Shown one piece after another: positions 30,590 to 40,997 of a stretch of 64,000 nt of DNA (the first letter of the stretch is position 1; the number at the start of each line of letters is the position of its first letter). A program made the translations under genes and the position numbers. This stretch comes from a virus. The notes under the pieces were generated by a model. That model saw only the letters and a program-made list of their open reading frames with translations, was not told where the DNA came from and made no database searches. The DNA is taken from positions 1-64,000 of IMG/VR virus record IMGVR_UViG_3300044980_000010, one strand, 5' to 3'.

Positions 30590-30995
30590 CGCAAACAACT
30601 CAGCCATTTCTCCCGGCATTGTGATGGTCGCTCTCGTAGGGGCCGTCAGAGACCACGAAGTACCTGCGTATGCTCGAATGCACGAGGCCCAGCGCGTTGC
30701 GTGGCACAACTGCGCGATCATGGCGAACGAGGTAGAGTTCAGACCGGACCAGTTGCCAAACTACCCATTCATCAAAGAGACGGTAGGTGGACTGCCCATC
30801 ATAATCGACAATAAGCTGTGCCCCAGCACCGTAGTGTTTCACAATGCTGAGGGAAAGCCTGTGTCGCGGATTCAGATGCTCGCTGTTCCCATCGGGATCG
30901 GTGAGGAGTTTCCGGGGTACACCAACTGCAAGACCTACGAAGAGATCGAGCGCCGCGTCAAAGAAGAAGGCTGGGTGTACGAATAGAGGAGACGC

Positions 30996-32843
30996 ATGCT
31001 AGAGCTACGACCAAGACAAAACGAATGCCTTGACTCGATCCGAAACGAGTACTTGGCTGGTGTGTACCAGCAACTCGTCGTAGCAGCTACGGGAATCGGC
31101 AAAGCCGTGATCCTAGCAAACCTCCGGCGCAGGATGCTGGACCTTCTGCCGGGGAAGATGCTGGTGTTCGCGCACCGAGAAGAACTGGTGAACCAGTTGA
31201 TGGTCACCTTGCAAGAGTGGAACCCCGACTGGAAGATCGGCAAGGAGATGGCAGATGATCGAGCAGATGATGATTGCGATGTTGTTGTGTCTTGTGTTGC
31301 TAGTATCGGTCGTGCTGGTTGTGTTCGTCTCCTACGTTTCGGTGGTTTTGACATTGTTGTATGCGACGAGGCTCATCACAGTATTGCGGCCACGTACCTA
31401 AACGTATTCGAGATCACTGGTGTACTGAAGCCGGACTCCACGAAACTGCTGGTGGGATTCACGGCAACGCCAAAACGCAAGAACATCACGCGCAACCAGA
31501 AGAAGCAGATGACGGTGCTGGACGACGAGGAACTTCTCTCGTTGAAATCGGTGTACCGCAAGATCGTGTTCTCCTACCCAATCCGCAAAGCGATCAAGGA
31601 AGGCTGGCTGGTGCCACTACGTGGCTACCGACTGAAGACCAAGATCGACCTGTCGGAAGTTAAGTCTTCCATGGGTGAGTACAAGCAGGAGGAGTTGGAG
31701 TCAGCAGTCAACACGCCGGAGCGCAACTACGGTATCGTCAACGCATGGCGCAAAGATTGTGAGAACAGGCAAACCGTGGTCTTCTGTGTGCTCATCAAGC
31801 ACGCTGAGGATTTAGCAAAAGCCTTCCGCAGTCTGGGCGTGAAAGCAGAGGCCGTGTGGGGCGTCGATCCGAGACGCGCAGAGAAACTAGCAGCGCACAA
31901 AGCCAAAGAGATCACAGTGCTGTGCAACGCGCAGCTACTGGTGGAGGGTTACGATGACTGGAGGGTATCTTGCGTCGTTGACGCAGCGCCTACTAAAAGC
32001 CCATCTGTCTACACTCAACGAATCGGTCGCGGAACAAGACTCCAAGCAGGTACTGGAAACCTTCTCGAAGCACTTTCCAGAGGTCTCGTCTTGGAGAAAA
32101 AGGACTGCATCGTTCTTGACGTTGTGGACAACAACAAGCGTTGCTCACTCGTCACTCTCCCGTCACTTGTAGGGCTGAATCCAGAGATGGACCTACAGGG
32201 ACAGTCAGTCACCGCCGTGGCAGAGAAGATGGAGGAACTTCAAGAGAAGTACCCCACGATTGATCTGTCGCAGTTGACTGACATCACCAAGGTCGATGCA
32301 TACATCGAATCGCTGGACCTGTTTGCTGCCCCCTACACTGAAGAGGTGGAGAAGTTCTCTAAGCTGACATGGATGGGCTGTTCAGACGGCTCGTACGTGC
32401 TCCAGATTCCAGAGAAGAAAGAACTGAAGGACGCCAAGGCGTTCTCCCAGTTCAAGCATGAGCGGCTACAGATCACACCGAACGATCTGGACGAGTTTGA
32501 GTTGTCCATCTCATCGGTTAGCGTCGAAGCAAAGAAGCTGGGCATCTACAACTCACTGAAAGAAGCGTTCGAGTCAGCAGATGAAGTCATGCAACGCTGC
32601 CGCCCTGATCGCATGAAGCTAGTGACGAGAGAAGCCGAGTGGCACACGCATCCAGCCTCGGAGCCAGCCAAGAAGTTGCTGCGCTCACTGAGCAAGGATC
32701 GGCCTGTGCTATACTGCTTGTGTCCCAATCCCACGAACAGAGTTCAACCTCAGCAGTGTCCGGTGTGCCGCTTGGCGACCGGGATCACCGCTGGGCAAGC
32801 GTCCGTAGCAATCAACCTGCTTCAAGCGAGGAAACGAAAATGA
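30996..32843 (+). CDS. SF2 DEAH-box helicase
   Basis: ATGIGK, DEAHH, TATP, LVEGYD, QRIGRGTR. Confidence 0.93.
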   Translation: MLELRPRQNECLDSIRNEYLAGVYQQLVVAATGIGKAVILANLRRRMLDLLPGKMLVFAHREELVNQLMVTLQEWNPDWKIGKEMADDRADDDCDVVVSCVASIGRAGCVRLLRFGGFDIVVCDEAHHSIAATYLNVFEITGVLKPDSTKLLVGFTATPKRKNITRNQKKQMTVLDDEELLSLKSVYRKIVFSYPIRKAIKEGWLVPLRGYRLKTKIDLSEVKSSMGEYKQEELESAVNTPERNYGIVNAWRKDCENRQTVVFCVLIKHAEDLAKAFRSLGVKAEAVWGVDPRRAEKLAAHKAKEITVLCNAQLLVEGYDDWRVSCVVDAAPTKSPSVYTQRIGRGTRLQAGTGNLLEALSRGLVLEKKDCIVLDVVDNNKRCSLVTLPSLVGLNPEMDLQGQSVTAVAEKMEELQEKYPTIDLSQLTDITKVDAYIESLDLFAAPYTEEVEKFSKLTWMGCSDGSYVLQIPEKKELKDAKAFSQFKHERLQITPNDLDEFELSISSVSVEAKKLGIYNSLKEAFESADEVMQRCRPDRMKLVTREAEWHTHPASEPAKKLLRSLSKDRPVLYCLCPNPTNRVQPQQCPVCRLATGITAGQASVAINLLQARKRK

Positions 32844-33091
32844 AATACATAGCAAACCCTGTGATTGTTGATGTAGAGGAGATAACTGCGGTGTTCTCTG
32901 CTGGTGCCTCGGATCAAGTCACCAGCTACGCTGTGCTGCTTGGCAACGGGCAGAGGATTTCCCTCAGCTACGAGATGACCGCACGCTACGAGCCGAAGGT
33001 GGGTGATTACATTGTCACCCAAGAAGACGGCTACGTATACCTCAACCCAAAGGCTGTGCTGGAACGCAAATACCGACCGCTGGAGAACTAA
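32840..33091 (+). CDS. Small phage protein (GDY.V...DGY....PK..E..Y family)
   Basis: Motif KY.ANPV.V...PKVGDYIVTQEDGYVYLNPKAVLERKY. Confidence 0.6.
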   Translation: MKYIANPVIVDVEEITAVFSAGASDQVTSYAVLLGNGQRISLSYEMTARYEPKVGDYIVTQEDGYVYLNPKAVLERKYRPLEN

Positions 33092-33404
33092 TGGCCTTCC
33101 CACAAATCAACGAAGAGCAGGTGTCCGCGCTTACGGGGATGTCCACTGGTCTAGGGGCCATCTCCGTCGCGGTGCCTGACATGAAGAAGGACAGCTACGA
33201 GAGCTACAACTTGATGACTGCGGAACTTTGCGATCTCAATCAGTTGGTGATCCTCGGGCTGCTGAAGGAGATCACGGATCAGTGCGGCGACAAACTGGCA
33301 ACGATGTACGCCATGTCGAACCGTCACTTCCGCATCTTCGAGATCACGGAAATCGGACGCAAGTTGTTTGATGGAGTCGAACGCACTATTCAATAGGGAG
33401 AGCA

Positions 33405-35489
33405 ATGAACAAGGCTGTACCAGCAGAACTGAGTAAGAGCGCCGCCATGGCGTTTGTTATCTCCCAAGGCTGGAACTGGGAAGGCCCCAACGGTGGGCAG
33501 ATTCAAGTCGAGGTGTGCCCCTTCTGCAAGAAGGGCGAGAGCAAGTTCTACATCGCAGTCTGCGATCCAGAGGAGTCAACACGGGATGGTTTATTCTTTT
33601 GCCACCACGGAAGCTGCCAAAAAACTGGTAATCTACGAACCCTCCAAGAACACCTTGGCTTACGGGTGGCTGGAGTCGATTCTCGCAAGGAGTGGGCGGG
33701 AACTAAGGGCGAACAAGAGCAACTGCCTAACGCCGACATGTGCCACGCAAATCTTCTATCTGATGCGGATGCTATGGACTACCTCTTACATGTCCGTGGT
33801 TTCTCAAGAGAGATTATCGAGAAGCAAAAACTTGGATTGGTGCCGCAGCGGTTCTTTCGTGAGGCTGGAACCGTCAAGGCTCTGGTCATCCCATATCTAG
33901 TCAACGGCAACGTGGTGTTTGCAAAATACCGCACTCTGCCGCCGTCACCTAAGGACTTCACGTCTTCAACTGGGTGGGACGCTCCGCTGTACAACGGAGA
34001 GGTGCTGAACGAGGACATCCACGACGTGGTATTCGTCGAGGGTGAGACCAACACAATCTCTCTGCTCAACTACGGCGTCCACAACATTGTGGGAGTGCCG
34101 GGAGCGAACATCAAGAAGGCCACGTGGATCGAGCAGTTGGACAAGATGATCGAGACCGGACTCAAGGTCTACATCCTGTACGACGATGACAAGGTGGGCC
34201 GCAAAGCCGCACAGGAGATCGCCTCGCGCATCGGCTACGACAAGTGCTACCGCATGATGCTGCCTCGTTTTGAGGTGGTGGTCCCTGTGGATCAGTGCAA
34301 GTTGTGCGACAAGGACGGCTGGGCACTGAAGGACGGCATCGACAAGCACTCACCCTGCGATCACAAACGTTTGGGCAAAGACATCAACGAGTGGTTCCAA
34401 CTTGGCGGCGGTACACTGGAAGCCTTCGAGGAAATGAAGAAGGCCGCAGTGCTCTTCGACGTGACAGGCGTCACAGGTATTACGGACGCTCTGCAACAGA
34501 TCGAGGACGAACTGAACGGCAAGGTTGATCTGGCTCCTACGTACACCTCGCAGTACCCCGAGCTAAACAAGCTGGTGGGATTCGAGGACGGCGACATCAT
34601 CGACATCGTTGCGCCGGAGAAGGTTGGCAAGACGACGCTGGGCCTCAACCTGTTAGACCACATGGTCAAGACGTACGGCGAGGATGGACTTCTGGTCTGT
34701 CTGGAGATGACACAAGCGCGACTTGCTAAGAAGTGGGTCTCGTTGGTGACAGGCTGGGAAGACAAGATTGTAGAGGCTGGCACACCTGAAGCAAAGGTGA
34801 AGCTGATTGAGTTGAAGAGTGCAGTGAAGCAGGCGCGTGACATTCAGCAAACGCGCACCGCAGACCTGTACTTCGCGTACCCACAGATGGTGAAGGAACC
34901 TGAGGACGTTTTCAAACTCATCAGGGACTGCATCCGGCGCTACGGCGTCAAATGGGTCATGTTCGACAACGTGCAGCGCCTGTGCGACGACACTCTGAAA
35001 AACCAAGCGCACCGCACGGTTCACATGTCGCAAATCAGCAAAGGGTTCGCAAAGCTGGCGAAGGATTACCGGATCAAGTTGATTCGCATCCTCCAGCCGA
35101 AGCGCATCGAGAAAGGACAGGTCATCACCACGAACGACGTTGACGGCAGCAGCCAAGTCGCCAAAGATTGCGATTGCATGATTACCATGTGGCGCAAGGT
35201 CGTAGGGGAGATGAAGAAGAGCGAGTATGAGGAAGAATCTGAGGGGTTCAAAGAGACCGACATCTCCTTTGAGCCAAAGACAAAACTTACTGTCGGACTG
35301 TCTCGCTATTCTGCTGGGGGTTCGTGTTACGTCTTTTGTGATGGAGCACGTTCTCAGTTCCGATCCTACAAGGAAGAAGAGAAGGCACAGCTAAACGCGA
35401 ACCTTCAGAAGTTCAACAACCTGATCCCGATGGAGTCCGGCGCACAAGTGCCTGTGGCTCCTGCCTCAACAGCAAACATTCCAATCTAA
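33405..35489 (+). CDS. Primase-helicase (Zn finger + TOPRIM + DnaB/gp4-like helicase)
   Basis: CPFC..CHHGSC; VEGE, YDDD TOPRIM; APEKVGKTT Walker A; LEM; DGSS...DCD. Confidence 0.92.
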   Translation: MNKAVPAELSKSAAMAFVISQGWNWEGPNGGQIQVEVCPFCKKGESKFYIAVCDPEESTRDGLFFCHHGSCQKTGNLRTLQEHLGLRVAGVDSRKEWAGTKGEQEQLPNADMCHANLLSDADAMDYLLHVRGFSREIIEKQKLGLVPQRFFREAGTVKALVIPYLVNGNVVFAKYRTLPPSPKDFTSSTGWDAPLYNGEVLNEDIHDVVFVEGETNTISLLNYGVHNIVGVPGANIKKATWIEQLDKMIETGLKVYILYDDDKVGRKAAQEIASRIGYDKCYRMMLPRFEVVVPVDQCKLCDKDGWALKDGIDKHSPCDHKRLGKDINEWFQLGGGTLEAFEEMKKAAVLFDVTGVTGITDALQQIEDELNGKVDLAPTYTSQYPELNKLVGFEDGDIIDIVAPEKVGKTTLGLNLLDHMVKTYGEDGLLVCLEMTQARLAKKWVSLVTGWEDKIVEAGTPEAKVKLIELKSAVKQARDIQQTRTADLYFAYPQMVKEPEDVFKLIRDCIRRYGVKWVMFDNVQRLCDDTLKNQAHRTVHMSQISKGFAKLAKDYRIKLIRILQPKRIEKGQVITTNDVDGSSQVAKDCDCMITMWRKVVGEMKKSEYEEESEGFKETDISFEPKTKLTVGLSRYSAGGSCYVFCDGARSQFRSYKEEEKAQLNANLQKFNNLIPMESGAQVPVAPASTANIPI

Positions 35490-35756
35490 GGAGAACCATG
35501 AAGAACGTTCTGGCACGCTACGCAAAAGCAATCGCAGGAATCTACGCTCGCGCCGCACGGCGTCAGCAAGTGACACTCACAGACGATCAACTGAAGGGTG
35601 TCGCCTACTACACCGCAGCCGCAGAGACGGTGCAGGCGCTGATGCTTCAGCCGACGCCAGCATGGACCTTCCTGAAGTTTGAGAAGTCACGCATTCTGTA
35701 AGACGCCTTGGGACCGAGCGAGTATCGGTCCCGCCATTTTTGTTTCTGGAGACGAC

Positions 35757-36365
35757 ATGAACAGAATCTACTTCAGCATGGACATTGAGACTGACGGCGT
35801 GGTCGCCGGACGCAACAACATGCTTTCTCTCGGTGCCTGTGCAATCGACATGGAAACGGGAGACATCATCTCCACGTTCAAGATGAATCTGTCACTGGTG
35901 CCGGACCTTCTGGTTGACCGGGACACAATGAACTGGTGGAAGCAACACCCTGAGGCGTACCAAGCGGCAAGGAAAGATGCAGTACCGCCATCTGTGGTGA
36001 TGATTGAGTTCGTGCGCTGGGTGCTGAACTTCTCGACGCCTGATTCCATCATCTTCGCATGGAAGCCTGTGATGGACTTAGCATTCGTCCGTTACTACCT
36101 GCACAGGTTTCACCCGCAGGGAGAGTTTCTGGCGATCCACAGCATCTTTGGGCGTCAGGGCTTCGGGATGGATCAAAAGACAGTCGCGGCGCTAACGCTG
36201 CGCCAGCCGTACCGCAAGACCAAAATGGACAGCCTGCCGAACTCGGTGCGGCTGAATGACAAGAGCGAAGTGATCGAGCAGCACAGCCATGATGCGTTAG
36301 AAGACGCCATGGAGCAGGCACACATCTTCTGGAACTGTGTCCGCAGAATCGGAGTGGAACTATGA
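35757..36365 (+). CDS. DEDDh 3'-5' exonuclease
   Basis: SMDIETDG, D, HSHDALEDA. Confidence 0.85.
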   Translation: MNRIYFSMDIETDGVVAGRNNMLSLGACAIDMETGDIISTFKMNLSLVPDLLVDRDTMNWWKQHPEAYQAARKDAVPPSVVMIEFVRWVLNFSTPDSIIFAWKPVMDLAFVRYYLHRFHPQGEFLAIHSIFGRQGFGMDQKTVAALTLRQPYRKTKMDSLPNSVRLNDKSEVIEQHSHDALEDAMEQAHIFWNCVRRIGVEL

Positions 36366-37597
36366 GTTGGTTCAATCAAGTTGCAAGCGCACGAGCGGAG
36401 AAGACGAACAGCACGCATCGCGTGAACGTCATCCGCATTGACGAAATCCTACCTCACCCAACGCAGGTGAGGGATTACCCAGACGACACAAACAAGCTGG
36501 GCATCGTCTACGTAGGAGGCTACCAGTGCGTAGTCAGCCTGAAGGAGTACAAGGTGGGAGACCTTGCGCTCTACATCCAGCCGGACACCATCGTTCCTCC
36601 CACGGACCCGTTCAAGTTCCTGTGGGCTGACCGTGAGTTCGCAGACGGCACGATCCCAGAGAAGTTGCGACGGATCACCGTACGCCGCTTCCGCAAGGAG
36701 TGGTCTGAAGGTCTTCTGATGCCAATCAGCGCGTTCGGTACGCAGGTGGATGCCGACGTGGCGTTCCTCAACAGCGGCCACACGATGCGCGAAGGAGAAG
36801 ACGTTGCGGCGCTGCTGGGCTTCAAGCACTATGTGGAGCCGGAGCCTGTCGCCAACATCAACGCGAAGCAGCAATACAAGGGTTGGCCGAAGAGCGCGAA
36901 GGGATGGTTCTACTACATCCTTGAAGTCTTGCACATCTACAAGCAGGTTACTTACGGCAGCGACCAGACGAAGCCGCCGAAGCAGTTCTGCCCTGTGTAC
37001 GACGTGGAAGCACTCAAGAACTATCCACGGACGTTCGCAGAGGATGAGAACGTGTTCGTCACTGAGAAGTTGCACGGCTCGAACGCTCGCTACATCTTCA
37101 CCTCAGCGGACCAGAAGATGCATGTGGGATCGCATAACTACTGGAAGTCTGAAGCCTCGACGTGCATCTGGCGCAGGGCGCTGAAAGAGTTCCCGTGGAT
37201 CGAGCAGTTCTGCCGCGAGTTCCCAGATCACGTGCTGTACGGTGAAATCCTGCCGACTCAGACTGGCTACCGCTACGGTTGCGCGAAGGACGAGATCAAG
37301 TTCCGCGCATTCGACGTGCTGAAGCCAGACGGCACCTACGTGGACAAGCAGCAGCTTTACGGCATGGGCCCACTGGGCCTCGGCCAGAACTTGGTTCCGC
37401 TCCTCTACGTGGGACAGTGGGGAACCGGGGAGTCCATCAAGGCTCTGGCTCAGGGCAAGAGCAAGCTGGACAGTTCGCACCTGCTGGAAGGCATCGTCAT
37501 CAGTTCGGCTGTGGAGCGCGTCGTGCGCGGCCTTGGTCGAGCGCAACTGAAGTTGAAATCCATGGCGTTCATGGAGAAGGAAGGCAAAAACAAATGA
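36362..37597 (+). CDS. ATP-dependent RNA ligase (DRB0094/Rnl2-like family)
   Basis: N-terminal OB domain (YKVGDLALYI.PD, SEGLL); TEKLHGSN, YGEI, AFDV, EGIVI, LKLK. Confidence 0.88.
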   Translation: MSWFNQVASARAEKTNSTHRVNVIRIDEILPHPTQVRDYPDDTNKLGIVYVGGYQCVVSLKEYKVGDLALYIQPDTIVPPTDPFKFLWADREFADGTIPEKLRRITVRRFRKEWSEGLLMPISAFGTQVDADVAFLNSGHTMREGEDVAALLGFKHYVEPEPVANINAKQQYKGWPKSAKGWFYYILEVLHIYKQVTYGSDQTKPPKQFCPVYDVEALKNYPRTFAEDENVFVTEKLHGSNARYIFTSADQKMHVGSHNYWKSEASTCIWRRALKEFPWIEQFCREFPDHVLYGEILPTQTGYRYGCAKDEIKFRAFDVLKPDGTYVDKQQLYGMGPLGLGQNLVPLLYVGQWGTGESIKALAQGKSKLDSSHLLEGIVISSAVERVVRGLGRAQLKLKSMAFMEKEGKNK

Positions 37598-37864
37598 CAG
37601 CACTGAACCTGACTCAGACCATAATCGAGTTCTACGAGCTACGGCTCAAAGGTCTCGACGTGCATGGTAAGCCAATCCCCGGCGAGAATCCGACGCGCTT
37701 CACTGCGAACGATCTTCGTCAGTATGTGAACGCCAAGAACTTTGGCACGGCTCCGGCCTCGGCTGATCGCGTCATGCGTAATCTACGCAAGGCAGAGAAG
37801 ATCAACTACGTGTTGACCAACCGAGCGCAGTCGCTGTACACTGCAATCCCTCTGGTGAAATAGT

Positions 37865-38371
37865 TTGATCATCATCGGGATTGACCCCGGCCTCAATGGC
37901 GCTGTGGGAGTGATCGACGAACGTTTGGACCCTCGTTGCAGGGCCAAGGTCTTCGACACTCCCACCATGACGGTATCGGGTGAGAAAGACAAGCGCGTGT
38001 ACAACAAAGCTGCAATGGCTTCGCTGCTGACTCCGTACGTAGGGCAAGATGTCCTCGTCGTTCTGGAGTCTGTCCACAGCATGCCAAAGCAGGGTGTAGC
38101 ATCGTCGTTTTCCTTTGGGCGCGGCCTCGGTATGTGGGAAGGCATCATCGCAGCACTCGCTCTTCCCCTTGAAATGCCCAGCCCCCAGAGGTGGAAGAAA
38201 GAAATGCTTGCCGATCAGGGCAAGTCGAAGGACGCGGCACGCTACAAAGCTGTCCAATTGTTCCCTGAAATCGCAGACCAGTTCAAGTTGGTGAAGCACG
38301 ACGGTCGCGCAGAGGCACTGCTGATGGCTGTCTACGGACAACGACTGAGAAAGCGAGACAATGACAACTAG
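37865..38371 (+). CDS. RuvC-like Holliday junction resolvase
   Basis: IIGIDPG..GA, VLE.V..MP.QGV.SSF.FG, PQ.WKK, DGRAEALL. Confidence 0.88.
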   Translation: MIIIGIDPGLNGAVGVIDERLDPRCRAKVFDTPTMTVSGEKDKRVYNKAAMASLLTPYVGQDVLVVLESVHSMPKQGVASSFSFGRGLGMWEGIIAALALPLEMPSPQRWKKEMLADQGKSKDAARYKAVQLFPEIADQFKLVKHDGRAEALLMAVYGQRLRKRDNDN

Positions 38372-39268
38372 AGAAGTAGAGTTGAAGCAGAGTTGGATGG
38401 AAGCATTCAACAATGTTACCGCGCTGTATTCGATCCTGAAAGCCAACACACAAGCCCTGCGACCGAAGCAGGTTCTGTACCGTGCTGACGAAGCCGAGTC
38501 GTTACCTATCGACTTTGTGATCGACGTGGAAATCAAGGCGAAGCGGCTCTTAGGTGAGTCGATCTACCTCGTGTTCCTGCGTGCGGTGTTCAACGAGAAT
38601 CTGGAAATCCTGCCCGTGTACACACGGGAGGCTTTGGGACGGAACTGGCTGAGTTATGGTCTCGGACCCGAAGGCGCGTACCGCAAGCTGTTCTTTGCGG
38701 TGAAGAACGAACAAATCCGCAGCTACCTCAAGGAGCAAAATGGAAACGGCAACGCCAGTGACGGAAACACTACCTACGCCACCGCTTAACCCACCTGAAG
38801 TCGGAGATACCTTGACAGTCAACGGAGAAGACGTAACCGTGACTGCCGTAGAGGTGAACTCCGAGAACATCCCTGAACCCGCTGCACCGCCTGCTGCGCC
38901 GGATAAGTTGACGCCGAAGCAGATCGGACAACTGCGCCGCCAGTACATCACCAATGTGAACGGCACGGTGAAATCCTGCGGACACAAGGACAACTTCAGC
39001 AAGAACGAGAAGCGAGAAGGCAAGACGCCGAACAACAACTGCGCCGGATGCTGGGAAGCGTACTTTATGACCAGCGTCGATCTGGACTTCATTCACACTG
39101 TCCTGACCACGAAGGGTGCCAAAGCACTCGTGGCGATGAAGGGCACGAAGTTCGTTCGCATGTTCCACGGCTTCCTCTCCAGCAAGATGTTGCCAATGCT
39201 GGCAGCGGAGATCAATAACAAGACGCTACCCGAAGAGGTGGCACCAGCGCAGATCGTAGGAGGAACTT

Positions 39269-40426
39269 TTGGAACAAACGAAGTCAGCGAAGTTTCGTCA
39301 GTTGGAAGCCCTCAGTAAACAACTGGACGAACAGCACACGATCACCAAGATCGGGCGCGAAGTAAAGAACTCTCTGGTTAGGTTGGGGGACAGACCTGTT
39401 CTGCGAGTACCGTGTTTCCACACCGATCTCCCAACGCTGGACTACGATGTGCTTCAGTACGGCGGCATTCCCAAAGGACGCATCATTGAAGTGTTCGGGC
39501 CGGAAGCGTCTGGCAAGACCACCACGTCCTTGTACGTCATAGCCTGCGCTCAGGCGCAAGGTGAGCTAGCGGCCTACATCGACGCTGAACACAAGCTGGA
39601 ACCGTCGTACGCCAAGATTCTAGGCGTGGACATCGACGAGTTGCTATTCAACCAGCCCAACAGCGGTGAAGAGGCACTGGATACGGTAGACAAACTGGTG
39701 GAGTCCGGCACATTGGGCCTCATCGTTGTTGACTCTGCCGCAGCACTCGTACCTGAGGCCGAACTGGCCGGGGACATCGGAGATCAGCACATGGGCCTTC
39801 AGGCTCGTATGTTCTCTCAGGCGATGCGTATTCTTACAGGCAAGGCGGCTCGCAGCGGAACCACTCTGATCTTCATCAACCAGATTCGTGAGAAGATCGG
39901 CGTGATGTATGGCAACCCAGAAACGACTCCCGGTGGACGCGCACTGAAGTTTTACTCCAGCGTGCGACTCAGCATCAGCCGCAAGGAAGCGATCTGGGAA
40001 GGCACCAAGGAAAACATCATCGGGCACAGCATTGACCTTCGCTGCGTCAAGAACGGCGGCGGCATTCCGTTCCGGCGCACGCAGATCAACCTGATCTACC
40101 CCGGCAAGGGGCGGCAACCGGGATTCGACAAGATCGACAACATGATCGAGTTCGCGGACGGTCGCGGCCTGTTCGACAAGCGCGGCAGTTGGTACTGGCT
40201 CGATCTCGGCAATGTCGAGACAAAAGAAGTGAAGGGCGTACCAGTGCCTGCGCTGAAGGACGGAAAGCCCGTGCCTATAGGGCCAGAAAAAATCGCAAAC
40301 GGAATGGACAACCTGAAGGCTTTTCTTGGGACCAGACCGGATGTGATTTCGCTATTGCAAAAACGTGTCACGGCGCTCATCCAGAAAGAAGAAGAGCAAC
40401 CCGTGGGGGCGGTGCCAAGTGTCTGA
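39269..40426 (+). CDS. recA: RecA recombinase
   Basis: GGIPKGRIIEVFGPEASGKTT, IDAEH, VVDS, FINQIREKIGVMYGNPETTPGGRALKFY. Confidence 0.95.
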   Translation: MEQTKSAKFRQLEALSKQLDEQHTITKIGREVKNSLVRLGDRPVLRVPCFHTDLPTLDYDVLQYGGIPKGRIIEVFGPEASGKTTTSLYVIACAQAQGELAAYIDAEHKLEPSYAKILGVDIDELLFNQPNSGEEALDTVDKLVESGTLGLIVVDSAAALVPEAELAGDIGDQHMGLQARMFSQAMRILTGKAARSGTTLIFINQIREKIGVMYGNPETTPGGRALKFYSSVRLSISRKEAIWEGTKENIIGHSIDLRCVKNGGGIPFRRTQINLIYPGKGRQPGFDKIDNMIEFADGRGLFDKRGSWYWLDLGNVETKEVKGVPVPALKDGKPVPIGPEKIANGMDNLKAFLGTRPDVISLLQKRVTALIQKEEEQPVGAVPSV

Positions 40427-40997
40427 GCACAGAGGCATCCTCTACACGTACAGCGGTAAGATTGCGTTCCCCGGTGGAGCGCCCTCACTTCTCGATACAG
40501 CCGTCTCGCTGTCGAGAGAGGGACGCTTCGCCGGGGCGGGGCAGAGATTCTTCCCTGTCGCACTGCACTCATTCGTGGTGGCTGATCTGCTCCCCGTTGG
40601 TTTGCAGTTCGATGGACTGATGCACGACTCTCCAGAGGTCATCACTGGCGACACACCGAAGCCAGCGAAGACTGACGAGATCGAACAGTTTGAAGAAGAA
40701 CTGCTCGCTGCCAAATACACAGAGATGCGTGTAACTTTTCCGAACGAAGGCATCCGGCACACCGTGAAGGAAGCGGATCGCAAGGTCATGCGCGGCGAGG
40801 TCTACACTGTGGGCAACCTGTGGCTACAGGAGTTTTACCAACCGTGCCCAGAGGCAGAGGAGTTGATTTTCAAGTACGTCAAGGAATACACCTACGAGGA
40901 CATGCTTGAGGCAAGCGGTCGAGTGCCCATGGAGTTCATGCGTAGGTTCCGGCTGTACAGGCTTCAGTTATCACCAGATCGTCTTGTGAAGACGTAA
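40419..40997 (+). CDS. HD-domain phosphohydrolase (5'-deoxynucleotidase-like)
   Basis: RFAG...VALHS...LMHDSPE.ITGD.P.P.K...AD. Confidence 0.82.
   Translation: MSEHRGILYTYSGKIAFPGGAPSLLDTAVSLSREGRFAGAGQRFFPVALHSFVVADLLPVGLQFDGLMHDSPEVITGDTPKPAKTDEIEQFEEELLAAKYTEMRVTFPNEGIRHTVKEADRKVMRGEVYTVGNLWLQEFYQPCPEAEELIFKYVKEYTYEDMLEASGRVPMEFMRRFRLYRLQLSPDRLVKT

Noticed and set aside
40419-40997. Z-genome (DatZ/MazZ/PurZ) system
   Set aside because: HD and MazG-like genes are generic and no PurZ-like gene is in the window
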